This document shows positions 31,932 to 41,881 of a stretch of 64,000 nt of DNA, one piece after another. Numbering within the stretch: position 1 is the first letter of the stretch; the number at the start of each line of letters is the position of its first letter. The translations under genes were made by a program, and so were the position numbers. The DNA comes from Candidatus Sumerlaea chitinivorans (lineage in GTDB: Bacteria; Sumerlaeota; Sumerlaeia; Sumerlaeales; Sumerlaeaceae). The stretch lies in NCBI GenBank assembly GCA_003290465.1, contig CP030759.1:1988572-2052571 (forward strand), in the 5' to 3' direction. The notes beneath the pieces were generated by a model. It had not been told where the DNA came from. It saw nothing but the letters and a program-made list of their open reading frames with translations, and ran no database searches.

Positions 31932-33335
31932 TTACTTTTCGGGGGGCGCCGGTGAGGATGGTTCCTCTGAAGCGGCGGAGGGCTCTGCCTTAATAACCGT
32001 ACGGTGGGTCTGCCGCTGTTTTTCCCACCACGCCATGCGCTTTGCGATCTCACGCTCAAATCCGAACGTTCCCGGTTCGTAGAAGACGCGGCCACGGAGT
32101 GCCTCCGGCAGGCACTCCTGTCCTGAAAAGTGGTCGGGAGCCTCGTGGTCATATACGTAACCAGCTCCATAGCCGAGACGCTCCATCAACTCCGTCGGGG
32201 CATTGCGCAAATGCAGAGGCACTGGGAGCGAGCCGCTACGTTCAATTTCTTCGCGGGCGCGAGCCTCTGCCACATAGAGCGAGTTACTCTTGGGGGCGGT
32301 GGCCAAGTAAACCACGCACTGCAGAAGTGCAAGCTCGCCCTCTGGAGAACCCAGCACGGAATAGGCTTCGCGTGCGGCAAGAGCGACACTCAGAGCTTGT
32401 GGATCGGCATTGCCCACATCTTCGCTGGCGAAACGAATGAGGCGACGCGCGATATACAGCGGATCCTCGCCCGACGTCAGCATGCGCATCGCCCAATAGA
32501 TCGCAGCTTGGACGTCGCTTGCGCGAAGAGATTTGTGGAGCGCACTGATCAGATTGTAATGCTCTTCGCCGCTTTTATCGTAGAGGAGATGGGTGCGGCG
32601 AAGAACAAGGCTGAGAGTCTCGCGCTCGATTGCCGGCGGCTGCTTCTTTTCGGTGAGAGCAATTTGCGCTGCCATTTCGAGCAGATTGAGCGCACGCCGA
32701 GCGTCGCCATCCGCAAGCCGTGCAATTTCGTCCAAGACGTCGTCCGAGCATTCGATCCCAAGGCTGCCGAGCCCTCGTTCCATGTCCTGAAGCGCTCGAC
32801 GCAGGATCGTACGCAATGCTGCCGCAGAAAGCTGGTGAAGGACGATGACCTCGCACCGCGACAGAAGCGGGGCGATGAGCGAGAAGGAGGGATTCTCCGT
32901 CGTCGCCCCAATCAGTAGAATCGAACCATCCTCCACAAAGGGGAGAAAGGCGTCCTGCTGAGCCTTGTTGAACCGATGGATTTCGTCGATAAACAACAGA
33001 GTCCTGCGACCGTAACGGTTGCGGTTGATGCGGGCCCGCTCCATCACCTCTTTCACTTCGCGAATCGAGGCGGTGACAGCGCTCAAGGAGGCGAAATCGC
33101 TATGCGCTACCCGTGCGACAATCAAGGCCAGTGTGGTTTTGCCGCATCCGGGGGGACCCCAGAAGATGAGCGATCGCAGACGATCCTCTTCGATGAGGCG
33201 CCGCAGTGCGGAATTCGGCCCAACCACGTCGTCCTGCCCCACAAATTCGTCCAGTGTGCGGGGCCGCATCCGCTCCGCCAATGGGGCTTCGGGGCGGGAA
33301 CGCGCTGCATCGTCGTCTCGCAGCAATAGGTCCAT
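31932..33335 (-). CDS. rarA: Replication-associated recombination protein A (MgsA)
   Basis: PLAERMRP, WGPPGCGKTT, FIDEIHRFNKAQQD, ISALHKSLR, PKSN; start placed at MDLLL. Confidence 0.95.
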   Translation of the reverse strand: MDLLLRDDDAARSRPEAPLAERMRPRTLDEFVGQDDVVGPNSALRRLIEEDRLRSLIFWGPPGCGKTTLALIVARVAHSDFASLSAVTASIREVKEVMERARINRNRYGRRTLLFIDEIHRFNKAQQDAFLPFVEDGSILLIGATTENPSFSLIAPLLSRCEVIVLHQLSAAALRTILRRALQDMERGLGSLGIECSDDVLDEIARLADGDARRALNLLEMAAQIALTEKKQPPAIERETLSLVLRRTHLLYDKSGEEHYNLISALHKSLRASDVQAAIYWAMRMLTSGEDPLYIARRLIRFASEDVGNADPQALSVALAAREAYSVLGSPEGELALLQCVVYLATAPKSNSLYVAEARAREEIERSGSLPVPLHLRNAPTELMERLGYGAGYVYDHEAPDHFSGQECLPEALRGRVFYEPGTFGFEREIAKRMAWWEKQRQTHRTVIKAEPSAASEEPSSPAPPEK

Positions 33336-33462
33336 ACACTGATTTCTACCATACCGCTGGGCCTCCGAGTCAAATGCGCGAATAGGCAGCCACGCCCACT
33401 GGCGGTTAGAAAACGCAGGGTGGACAAAATGAAAGTTCGCCGACGTTGTCCCCATAAAACGC

Positions 33463-34611
33463 ATGTTTGTAGACTACGCCAAAATCTATCTTGAAGCAGG
33501 CGACGGCGGGACAGGTTGCGTGAGTTTCCGCCGTGAAAAGTACGTGCCCCATGGGGGCCCCGACGGAGGCGATGGCGGGCGCGGCGGGCATATCTATCTC
33601 GTCGCGGATCCGCATGTGGTTACGCTCCTCGATTTCAAGTATCGGCCCCACTACCGCGCGAAGCGAGGCCAGCACGGCATGGGAAGCAACTGCTCGGGAC
33701 GCGACGCGGAGGACCTGTACCTCCACGTGCCCCTCGGCACCGTCGTCAGCGATGAACACGGAAATCACCTCGCCGACCTTGTCGAACCGGGGCAGGTCTT
33801 TCTGGCTGCGCGCGGCGGCCGCGGCGGCCGAGGCAATCAACATTTCGCGACGCCCACGAATAAAGCCCCCCGCAAGTTCGAATACGGTGAAAAAGGCGAG
33901 CGACGCACCCTCATCCTTGAACTAAAATTGATTGCGGACGTTGGCCTCATTGGCTTGCCGAACGCAGGGAAGTCGACACTTTTGGCCACACTCACAGCGG
34001 CCACTCCCAAAATCGCCCCGTACCCGTTTACCACCATTCACCCGAATCTGGGGGTGATGGAATTCGATGACGCCACGCGCTGCACCTTAGCGGATATTCC
34101 CGGTTTGATCGAGGGCGCGCACCGTGGCGCTGGCCTTGGCCACCGCTTCCTGCGCCACATCGAGCGCACGAAGCTCTTGGTCCACCTGATTGCTCCACCC
34201 GAGCAACCCCCTCTTGATGATTTTGAAGCCTATCGATATGCGCGGGAGCTGGTAAACCGAGAGCTTGCGCAGTATTCGGCGACACTTGCAGCAAAGCCGC
34301 AAATCGTGTGCCTAAGCAAATGTGACCTACTCGAGCCCACGACGGTGGAAGCACTTGTGCGCCAATTCCGCGAACGCGAGGGCGTGGAGATCCTGCCTAT
34401 TAGTGCTCAAGCGCATACGGGCCTTGAAAGACTCAAAAGCGAAATTCAGAAAGCGTTGCGCAACCTGACTGACAGTGAGAGCATGCCGAGCGTTGCAGTG
34501 CCAGCATCCTCACTTCCCGCGAGTTCGAGCACGACGGACGACGCTGAGCAGTTGGCTGGGAGTGAAACCGGTGAGCCCACCGACGAGACGTGCAACACAG
34601 ACGCAAATTAG
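33463..34611 (+). CDS. obgE: GTPase ObgE/CgtA
   Basis: MFVD, Gly-rich Obg fold FRREKYVPHGGPDGGDGG, GLPNAGKST, DIPGLIEGA. Confidence 0.97.
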   Translation: MFVDYAKIYLEAGDGGTGCVSFRREKYVPHGGPDGGDGGRGGHIYLVADPHVVTLLDFKYRPHYRAKRGQHGMGSNCSGRDAEDLYLHVPLGTVVSDEHGNHLADLVEPGQVFLAARGGRGGRGNQHFATPTNKAPRKFEYGEKGERRTLILELKLIADVGLIGLPNAGKSTLLATLTAATPKIAPYPFTTIHPNLGVMEFDDATRCTLADIPGLIEGAHRGAGLGHRFLRHIERTKLLVHLIAPPEQPPLDDFEAYRYARELVNRELAQYSATLAAKPQIVCLSKCDLLEPTTVEALVRQFREREGVEILPISAQAHTGLERLKSEIQKALRNLTDSESMPSVAVPASSLPASSSTTDDAEQLAGSETGEPTDETCNTDAN

Positions 34612-34705
34612 CCACTGACGCTTGTTCCGAACCATGTCTGCAATGAGTTGACAGCTACAGAATCCGTACTCCATGATTGCGCGAATTTCATTGTGAGGAA
34701 AATTT

Positions 34706-36004
34706 ATGGTTGGAAAAACACAACGAGTCGCCACTTTCGCCCCCGCGGCCACGGGAGGCCCCGTTTCAACTACCCCTCGTCGTGGTCATAGGTCACGGGC
34801 ACGAACAACGCCCGTATTCGCTTTTGTGGTCCTTGTTGGCACCCTCATTTCAAACCCGTTAGAAAGGAAGCTGCAAGCGATGGAACTGCCGGCCGATTTG
34901 GAATCCAAACTTCGAACGGCTCAGCCGGGCGAAATTGTTGACATGGGGAGTTACCCAATGGCGGAGCTGCCCCTGCTGGAATACGAGAAACGTGCGGGGG
35001 GACCGCAGTTTATTTTCTCCGACGATCCCGAGTACTTCCGCGTTCCCGAGGGGGCGGGCGTGCGCGAAAAAGTTCAGCCCGGACGAGTGCGCCTGTACAC
35101 CTATCACGTCAACGGCACCACAGAGAGCGCCCGGCGTATCTCGACAGTGATTGAAAATTTGGGCTCGCGACCGCTCACGCTGCGATGGCACCGCTACGCC
35201 TTCCGCGGGCCAAGCACCGATTACTATCGGGTGGGCAAAGGGGGGCTCGTGGACTTCTTCTCGGCTAAGAATCTCCCACCAGCAATGACGATTCCAGCAG
35301 GGGGAGCCGCTCCGCTGGATCCCAAGATGGACGCGGTGGCGGTTCGTTACGACGAACTGGTCCACGGCTTCTACGAGTTTGAAATTGATCAGCCCGCGCG
35401 CATCACTACATTGCAAACGTCCCTTGAGACGCCAGCGGTGGAGGCGAACGCCCGCATTCGCGAGGTGCTCCCGCCGCGCAAAACATTGGGTGCCGGGCGG
35501 GGACTTTTCAAAACCAGTGACTACGACATCACGCCGAAAGGTGGGAGTCCCTACGATACCGCAGACGGGCCCAAACAGATCCTTGTCGCCGACGGCAAAC
35601 ATGATCCGTGGATCACTGGCTGGGACGATAGTCGCTCCAGCGCAAGCCGCAATGCGGGCAATTACGGAGTGCTCTATCGCATCCGCGTTCCGTATCGCTC
35701 GAGCGATGGCCGCGGCATTGCCGTCGTTCTCTGGTATCCGCCCGCCGGAGGCAAATGGTGCGATGCGTGCGCGCTGGCAGTCGTTGCAAACGCTGGGGTG
35801 CACGCCGGTGGAGTCATCGAAATTCCGCGCGACCGAACGACCTTTACCGGTCGAACGAACGCGGGAGTCATTCAGATCTACCCACCGGCAACTCAAGGCA
35901 CCGAGGGAGTTATTGAATTGACTTATTCACCGCCGGGCGCATCATGCCTGCCGAATCCGATTTTGTTGATTCCAATTCACCTGAACGAGCTTAAAAAGGA
36001 ATGA
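34706..36004 (+). CDS. Hypothetical protein, probably exported
   Basis: 432-aa ORF with host-like codon usage and an N-terminal hydrophobic stretch; ATGA overlap with the next gene. Confidence 0.75.
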   Translation: MVGKTQRVATFAPAATGGPVSTTPRRGHRSRARTTPVFAFVVLVGTLISNPLERKLQAMELPADLESKLRTAQPGEIVDMGSYPMAELPLLEYEKRAGGPQFIFSDDPEYFRVPEGAGVREKVQPGRVRLYTYHVNGTTESARRISTVIENLGSRPLTLRWHRYAFRGPSTDYYRVGKGGLVDFFSAKNLPPAMTIPAGGAAPLDPKMDAVAVRYDELVHGFYEFEIDQPARITTLQTSLETPAVEANARIREVLPPRKTLGAGRGLFKTSDYDITPKGGSPYDTADGPKQILVADGKHDPWITGWDDSRSSASRNAGNYGVLYRIRVPYRSSDGRGIAVVLWYPPAGGKWCDACALAVVANAGVHAGGVIEIPRDRTTFTGRTNAGVIQIYPPATQGTEGVIELTYSPPGASCLPNPILLIPIHLNELKKE

Positions 36005-37167
36005 CGGAAAGCCGACCACGAAGAGTTGCCCGGGTAGGGCGCTGTTCGTTTGTCGTCATGACATTGCTCGTTCTTATCTTGAATGGAGCTCGCGTGCAAG
36101 CCGCCGGCCAGGTGGCCGACGGCGTCCTTGCGCGCGTCAACGAGGACGTCATTCTTGCCAGTGATCTGCGCGAAGTCCTCCGCGAGAAGGGGTGGGATGG
36201 GAGCGGAGACCCCATTGCAGCAGCTTCCGTGGAGCATGTGCGGGCACTTCTCGATCGCACTCTCTTGCTTCAGGCGGCCAAGAAGATGGGAGGAAGCGAT
36301 CCGGACGCTGAGATCCTCGATCAAGTCGAATCCATGGTCACGCGAATTCGCAGCCAGTATCCAAGCGAAACAGAGTTCCGACGTGAGGTGATCGCCCAGT
36401 ACGGTTCCGTCGAGGCCTTCAAGCGCGAGCTCCAAAAGAAGGCGACATTGGACTGGAAGATTGGGCGTGCCATTCACAGCCGGTTCACCATCACAGATGC
36501 TGACGTCGCCCGCTTCGAGGCTGAGTGCCGCGCGAAGGGCCGAATCCCTGAGAGTTACCATCTGCGGCGCTTAGGGGTACCGGTGGATAGCGAGACCAGC
36601 CGCGGACGCCAGCAAGCGCTTGCTCAGGTCAAGCAGATCCTCGACGACGCGACCGCACGTGGCCTCGGATTTGCAGAGACCGTTCGCCGCTTCACCTTGG
36701 TCCCGGGCGAGCGCGAAACTGCGGGAGATCTCGGGTTTATTCCTGCGGAGCAGTTGGCACCCGACGTCCGACGGGCTGTTCAGAAACTGGAACCGGGACA
36801 AGTGACCGAACCGATTTTAGCCGGTAACTACGCATCTATCTTTTACTTGGAGGCCAAGCGGGGGCCACGCTCGACCCTTTACGAGCAGCGATTCTTGGAG
36901 ACGCGTGATAAGCTTCTCGGAGAGCTTAGGAAGAAAGCCCGCCTGCAGGTGTTTGATCCGCGGCTTGCCCGGAAAATCCCAAAAGAGTATGCTGAATGCG
37001 TGGAGCCGACCGTTTTAGCTGCGACATCATTAGCAACCGGGGCGCGCGTCGTGGAGGGGCAAAACGAAGACGGCGCCTCGACGAATCCCGCAGCCAGCGA
37101 GTCGCCCTCCCCCACCCCGTCACGCGCTTTTCCCGCCAAACTCTTTTCACGCTTCCAACGCAATTAG
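36001..37167 (+). CDS. SurA-like peptidyl-prolyl isomerase/chaperone
   Basis: Signal peptide; DGVLARVNEDVILASD SurA-type N-terminus; GDLGF and LEPGQVTEPI parvulin-like domain; precedes pdxA. Confidence 0.82.
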   Translation: MTESRPRRVARVGRCSFVVMTLLVLILNGARVQAAGQVADGVLARVNEDVILASDLREVLREKGWDGSGDPIAAASVEHVRALLDRTLLLQAAKKMGGSDPDAEILDQVESMVTRIRSQYPSETEFRREVIAQYGSVEAFKRELQKKATLDWKIGRAIHSRFTITDADVARFEAECRAKGRIPESYHLRRLGVPVDSETSRGRQQALAQVKQILDDATARGLGFAETVRRFTLVPGERETAGDLGFIPAEQLAPDVRRAVQKLEPGQVTEPILAGNYASIFYLEAKRGPRSTLYEQRFLETRDKLLGELRKKARLQVFDPRLARKIPKEYAECVEPTVLAATSLATGARVVEGQNEDGASTNPAASESPSPTPSRAFPAKLFSRFQRN

Positions 37168-37289
37168 TTCGAACGTCTGCCCGGCAAAAAGAGCCCACAT
37201 CCACGCCTCGAGAAATTTGTTAGAAAACGTGTCAGGCTGGAGTCGTTTTTTCTCGAACTCGTACCTGAACCGATCACAATCACAAGACG

Positions 37290-38318
37290 ATGAGAGCGAA
37301 GTCGGAGAAATGCTTGCGTTTGGCGATCACAATGGGCGACCCCGGGGGGGTTGGACCTGAGCTCGTGGCCTGCGTCCTCCGCGAACTCTCGGTGGCAGGC
37401 TTCCAAGCTTTGGTGTTCGGAAGTGCGGAGCTCTTACGGGAAGCTGCCAACCTTCGTCAGCTTGAGCTGCCTCCCCTTGTCACTGTCCAGCAGGTGGAGG
37501 AAGCAGGTGCGGCAGAACATCCGGTGGTGGTCGTGGAAGCGCCAGAGGTGGGTTCGGAGTTTGTCCGTGGACGCGCGCACCCCGCTAACGGACGTGCCGC
37601 GCTGCGTTGGATAGAACTTGCGACGCAAGCGGTGCTTGGGGGCGCAGCGGACGCGCTGGTGACCGCCCCGATCTCAAAGGATGCCATCCGTGCCGCTGGC
37701 TCACCTTTTCCCGGTCACACGGAGTACCTTGCCTCCCTCTGTGGAAATGCCGAAGTGCGCATGATGCTCGAAGGCGGTGGATTGCGCGTCGTGTTGGAAA
37801 CCATTCACGTACCACTCGCAGACGTGCCGAAGCTGATTTCGCGCGAGCACTTGCGGCGCACCCTCGAAATTGCCCACACGTGGGCCCAAGAATATCTGAC
37901 GCCGACGCCGCGAATCGGGGTATGCGGACTCAACCCACACGCCGGCGAGAATGGTCACTTTGGCTCGGAGGAACTTGAGATCATTGGCCCCACCGTGGCA
38001 GAAGCGCGCGATAAGGGCATCGCGGCCAGCGATCCTCTTCCGGCGGACACCGCCTTCTACCGAGCGCTTCGTGGTGAGTTCGATCTCGTGGTGGCAATGT
38101 ACCACGACCAAGGCTTAGTGGCCGTGAAGACGCTTGCTTTCGAGACAGGGGTGAATATTACGTTGGGGTTACCCATCATCCGCACCTCGCCCGACCATGG
38201 GACAGCGTTCGACATTGCGTGGCAGGGTCGGGCCCAGTCTAGCTCGATGACAGCGGCGGTCCGCCGGGCGATCGAGCTTGCGGAACAGCGGCGTGCAAGC
38301 CGGCAAAAATGCGGCTAA
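37290..38318 (+). CDS. pdxA: 4-hydroxythreonine-4-phosphate dehydrogenase
   Basis: TMGDPGGVGPE, TAPISK, GHTE, GLNPHAGE, AMYHDQG, RTSPDHGTAFDIA. Confidence 0.96.
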   Translation: MRAKSEKCLRLAITMGDPGGVGPELVACVLRELSVAGFQALVFGSAELLREAANLRQLELPPLVTVQQVEEAGAAEHPVVVVEAPEVGSEFVRGRAHPANGRAALRWIELATQAVLGGAADALVTAPISKDAIRAAGSPFPGHTEYLASLCGNAEVRMMLEGGGLRVVLETIHVPLADVPKLISREHLRRTLEIAHTWAQEYLTPTPRIGVCGLNPHAGENGHFGSEELEIIGPTVAEARDKGIAASDPLPADTAFYRALRGEFDLVVAMYHDQGLVAVKTLAFETGVNITLGLPIIRTSPDHGTAFDIAWQGRAQSSSMTAAVRRAIELAEQRRASRQKCG

Positions 38319-38745
38319 GGGTTCGCCAGCAAACGCACGTCGAGTGCAGCGGCGAAAAAGTCTGAACGCGGCATCAGATCTCCTCCCACGTGTTTTTTAC
38401 AGAGAGAGGGTCAACCGGACTTCAAGCATATCTCGGAAGAAGATGCTGCCGTAGCATTCTGAAACAGAAGATTCTTTGCGCCGTGCAAGCTGCGGAACGC
38501 GACGCGGGTCTTCGAGAATTCTGTTGGTTGGGGCAATTTGCGGACGAATGCAGAAGCATGGGTTGGAGTATACGTATTGCGTTTGCTGACGGGTGAGAGG
38601 CTCCCGTCATGCTGTCCCGTGCGCTGTAGTTGGATAAGCTGCAACCGCGCGGTGGGCACGTGGGTCCCGCACGACTCGGAAAGCCGATTGGTCGTTGGAC
38701 GGGATGCCACCTCTGCCAAAGCTACGCAGGAAGGACTGCAGGCAA

Positions 38746-39207
38746 ATGAGCGTCAATAACCAGATCATCCGCGATTATCTTGCGAACGAATTGAAAAAAG
38801 ACGTTCCAGAATTCGGGCCGGGGGACACACTGAAGGTTTCCGTCCGGATCACGGAGGGCGACAAGGAACGCATCCAGGATTTCATCGGTGTGTGCATCCG
38901 CCGCAAAGGGAGTGGCATCAGCGAAACGTTTACCGTTCGGCGCGTAAGCTACGGCGTCGGAATGGAGCGTATTTTCCCAATTCACTCCCCAAAAGTGGAA
39001 GCGATCGAAGTCCTTCGGCGGGGCAAGGTGCGCCGCGCCAAACTCTACTATCTGCGTGAGCTGCGCGGCAAGAAAGCCCGCATCGTCGAACGCAAAGTGC
39101 GTCATGCCGGGATTGATACCAGCGTCGTCCTCGACGAGCAGCCGGCTGCGGAAGCTCAACAGCCTGCAGCACCCGCTGAGCAGACCCAGCCTCAGCAAGA
39201 GAGCTAA
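38746..39207 (+). CDS. rplS: 50S ribosomal protein L19
   Basis: [39 protein letters not shown]-rich C-terminal extension. Confidence 0.97.
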   Translation: MSVNNQIIRDYLANELKKDVPEFGPGDTLKVSVRITEGDKERIQDFIGVCIRRKGSGISETFTVRRVSYGVGMERIFPIHSPKVEAIEVLRRGKVRRAKLYYLRELRGKKARIVERKVRHAGIDTSVVLDEQPAAEAQQPAAPAEQTQPQQES

Positions 39208-39956
39208 GCGGTACGTCGCAGATACGCGGACAAAATCGCGATGCTCTTCGCTATTCCGAGAAGGGCGAAGTATAAGGGTTTCCGTCTTTAGGATGGGAAG
39301 CTAAGAGCCTTCGCTTTACGCACCACCTGTCTGCTGCACTTGTTCTAAGCATGGTGGCCGCGAGCTTGCCATTGGGCATCAAGAGTTGGCCTCTTTGGAG
39401 ATATTAGTCGCGATTCTAAGGGTCAACGCTGTTGCGTAGGCGTTGCATCGGGGGCGTCCGCAATTGCCGGCCCATTTTGCCGCAGGCGATTTTCCGCCAT
39501 GCGTGGGGTGAGCAATTGCCTCCGCTCTGGCTTCCGAGGTCAGCAGACGAGTCTCCTTGAATGCTGATTTCGTTCGCGTTGGCTTCAACCGGACGGGATT
39601 CCCTACGGCTTCCAGCGAAAGGTGCAAAGAAGCAAGGTGGCCTTGCCCCCTCGGCTAAGCGTGAATGACTTTTCAAAACGTTCAGTCCTTGGGGCGTAAG
39701 TCTTTTTTTCTTGCTTTCTTTCTCCTCGCCCATGACATATGTTAAATTTTGAAGAATCGAGTGGGTTAACAAAAAAAGCGGAAGCCAAGCTATGAGAGGT
39801 GGCCCTCCGACTCTCTATTGGGTGTGTGGCATGCGGTTTCTCACCGTGATGAGTGACCCATCTATTTCGGGGTAAGCGGATTAAATGGTTGATCTTACCT
39901 TTGCATGAGAGTGAGGCAGACCGGCATCTCATCGGATTATCTGGTTGATGCTTCAC

Positions 39957-40364
39957 CTACTGCTGGTGCATGTTTCCTTCGCTAATTCCAGCAAGAACCC
40001 CACACGCCTCAACTTCCCGGTCATCGTTGCAACTCGCTCTCAGTGAAACGAGTTGTTTCTCAAGCGCTTGCAGAGCGGTTATCTGCGACCGCACATGAGA
40101 GATGTGATCATCGAGCAAGGCGTTGACGGCGGTACAAGGCTGATGAGGGTCGTCCTGATAGCTCTGTAGTTCGTGAATCTCAGCCAGTGACAGGCCCAGG
40201 ATTCTGCAGCGACGGATGAAGGCCAGCCTCTCACCATGCTTCTCGGTATAGACACGGTAACCGTTGTCCTGCCGATCAGGCGGCGGCAACAAGCCCTGCT
40301 GTTCATAGAAGCGGATCGTCTGTGTTTCGACCCCTACCAACTGCGCCAACTGACCAATGCGCAT
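39957..40364 (-). CDS. MerR-family (CadR/PbrR-like) metal-responsive regulator
   Basis: MRIGQLA..TIRFYE..GLL HTH, conserved cysteines, GGAGG ribosome-binding site. Confidence 0.93.
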   Translation of the reverse strand: MRIGQLAQLVGVETQTIRFYEQQGLLPPPDRQDNGYRVYTEKHGERLAFIRRCRILGLSLAEIHELQSYQDDPHQPCTAVNALLDDHISHVRSQITALQALEKQLVSLRASCNDDREVEACGVLAGISEGNMHQQ

Positions 40365-40395
40365 CAGCCTCCTCCCCAACGGATTCTTTACTCTA

Positions 40396-40426
40396 TTGAC
40401 CTTATAGTAGCTTTATAGTTTTAAAT
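40396..40426 (+). promoter_or_regulatory. MerR-type promoter with 19-bp spacer
   Basis: TTGACC-N19-TTAAAT with an imperfect dyad in the spacer, between divergent merR and transporter genes. Confidence 0.75.
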
Positions 40427-40459
40427 GGTACCACAACATTGTTCAAGTGGAGTCGTATC

Positions 40460-41356
40460 ATGAGCAAATCCTGTGGTGGCGCCTGTGGCGGTGATGCAAC
40501 GCCCGCAGCGGATACCGATATACAGGCCTCCTCCGAGGCGCCAGGGAGATGGGTCAGTGTTTATGCCGTGCCGAAGATGGACTGTCCATCAGAAGAGCGC
40601 ATGATTCGCCTGGCCCTGAACGGCGTTGAGGGGATTCGGGCACTGTCCTTCGACTTGTCGAACCGCCGGTTGAAGGTCGTGCATGACGGCGAGGCTGAGC
40701 CCATTACCGCGAAACTGGCGACCTTGGGGCTAGGCGCCTCTCTTCAGGAAACCGTCATTGCCGACCCAGAGACGATCAAGGCCGCTGAGAGCTCGGCAGT
40801 CTCTGCTACGCAGGAGTCAGGCACTCTGCGCGTGTTGCTCGGTATCAATGCACTTCTGTTCGTGGTGGAAATGACTGCCGGCCTGATCGCCCAGTCTACC
40901 GGCCTGATCGCTGATTCCCTGGATATGTTTGCCGATGCAGCCGTCTATGGCCTGGCTCTCTATGCCGTAGGGCGCAGTGCGAAAATGCAGGTACGTGCCG
41001 CGCATCTGGCAGGGGTACTGCAACTGATTTTGGCTATCGGCGTACTCGTCGAGGTGGTGCGACGCTTTGTATTCGGTAGTGAGCCTGAATCGCTGATGAT
41101 GATGGCGATCGCATTCGTCGCATTGATTGCCAATACCAGTTGTCTGCTGCTCATATCCAAACATCGGGAGGGCGGGGCGCACATGAAGGCAAGCTGGATA
41201 TTCTCGGCCAACGACGTGGTGATCAACCTGGGGGTCATCACCGCCGGCGCCCTGGTCGCGTGGACCGGGTCCAATTATCCGGATCTGATTATCGGCACCA
41301 TCGTGGGGGTCATTGTACTTAACGGTGCCAGACGCATTCTGGCGTTGAAGGGTTAA
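40460..41356 (+). CDS. CDF-like cation transporter with N-terminal HMA-like domain
   Basis: MDCPSE metal-binding loop, LIADSLDMFAD, about 6 TM segments. Confidence 0.88.
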   Translation: MSKSCGGACGGDATPAADTDIQASSEAPGRWVSVYAVPKMDCPSEERMIRLALNGVEGIRALSFDLSNRRLKVVHDGEAEPITAKLATLGLGASLQETVIADPETIKAAESSAVSATQESGTLRVLLGINALLFVVEMTAGLIAQSTGLIADSLDMFADAAVYGLALYAVGRSAKMQVRAAHLAGVLQLILAIGVLVEVVRRFVFGSEPESLMMMAIAFVALIANTSCLLLISKHREGGAHMKASWIFSANDVVINLGVITAGALVAWTGSNYPDLIIGTIVGVIVLNGARRILALKG

Positions 41357-41359
41357 ATA

Positions 41360-41872
41360 ATGCTCATTATTGGCAAAAAGCTCTCGCCGTATGCCCTATT
41401 GTCCATATCGGGCCTGCTGGCAGCGTCTGATCAGGCTGTAAAGTGGCTGGTGCAGCAATCAATGGCCTATGGCGAGTATGTTTCGGTGACCCCGTTCTTT
41501 AACTGGGTGCACCTATGGAACACCGGTGCCGCATTCAGTCTTTTTGCGAATGGTGGAGGCTGGCAGCGCTACTTTTTTATCGGAATCGCGGTAGTGGTCT
41601 CGATTTTTCTGATCAAGCTGATCCTTGAAAATCGTCATAAAGGAGAAGCCATCGCTTACAGTCTTATCCTCGGTGGCGCCATGGGCAACCTGATTGACCG
41701 GGTCTTTCGCGGCTATGTTGTGGATTCCTTTGATTTCTATTGGCGAGACTGGCATTGGCCGGCCTTCAACCTGGCTGATATTCCAATTGTCCTCGGTGCC
41801 TTACTTTTCGTTTCCAGCAGCTTGTTGGGTAAAAAAGCAAACACCAATGCCGAGTCGGATGGATCTGACTGA
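41360..41872 (+). CDS. lspA: Lipoprotein signal peptidase II (IS-borne)
   Basis: DQAVK, NTGAAFS, GGAMGNLIDR, VVD, FNLAD. Confidence 0.95.
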   Translation: MLIIGKKLSPYALLSISGLLAASDQAVKWLVQQSMAYGEYVSVTPFFNWVHLWNTGAAFSLFANGGGWQRYFFIGIAVVVSIFLIKLILENRHKGEAIAYSLILGGAMGNLIDRVFRGYVVDSFDFYWRDWHWPAFNLADIPIVLGALLFVSSSLLGKKANTNAESDGSD

Positions 41873-41881
41873 CACCTACGC

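Noticed and set aside
33336..33464. Apparent head-to-head overlap of rarA and obgE
   Set aside because: The rarA start is better placed at 33335, leaving an ordinary divergent promoter region.
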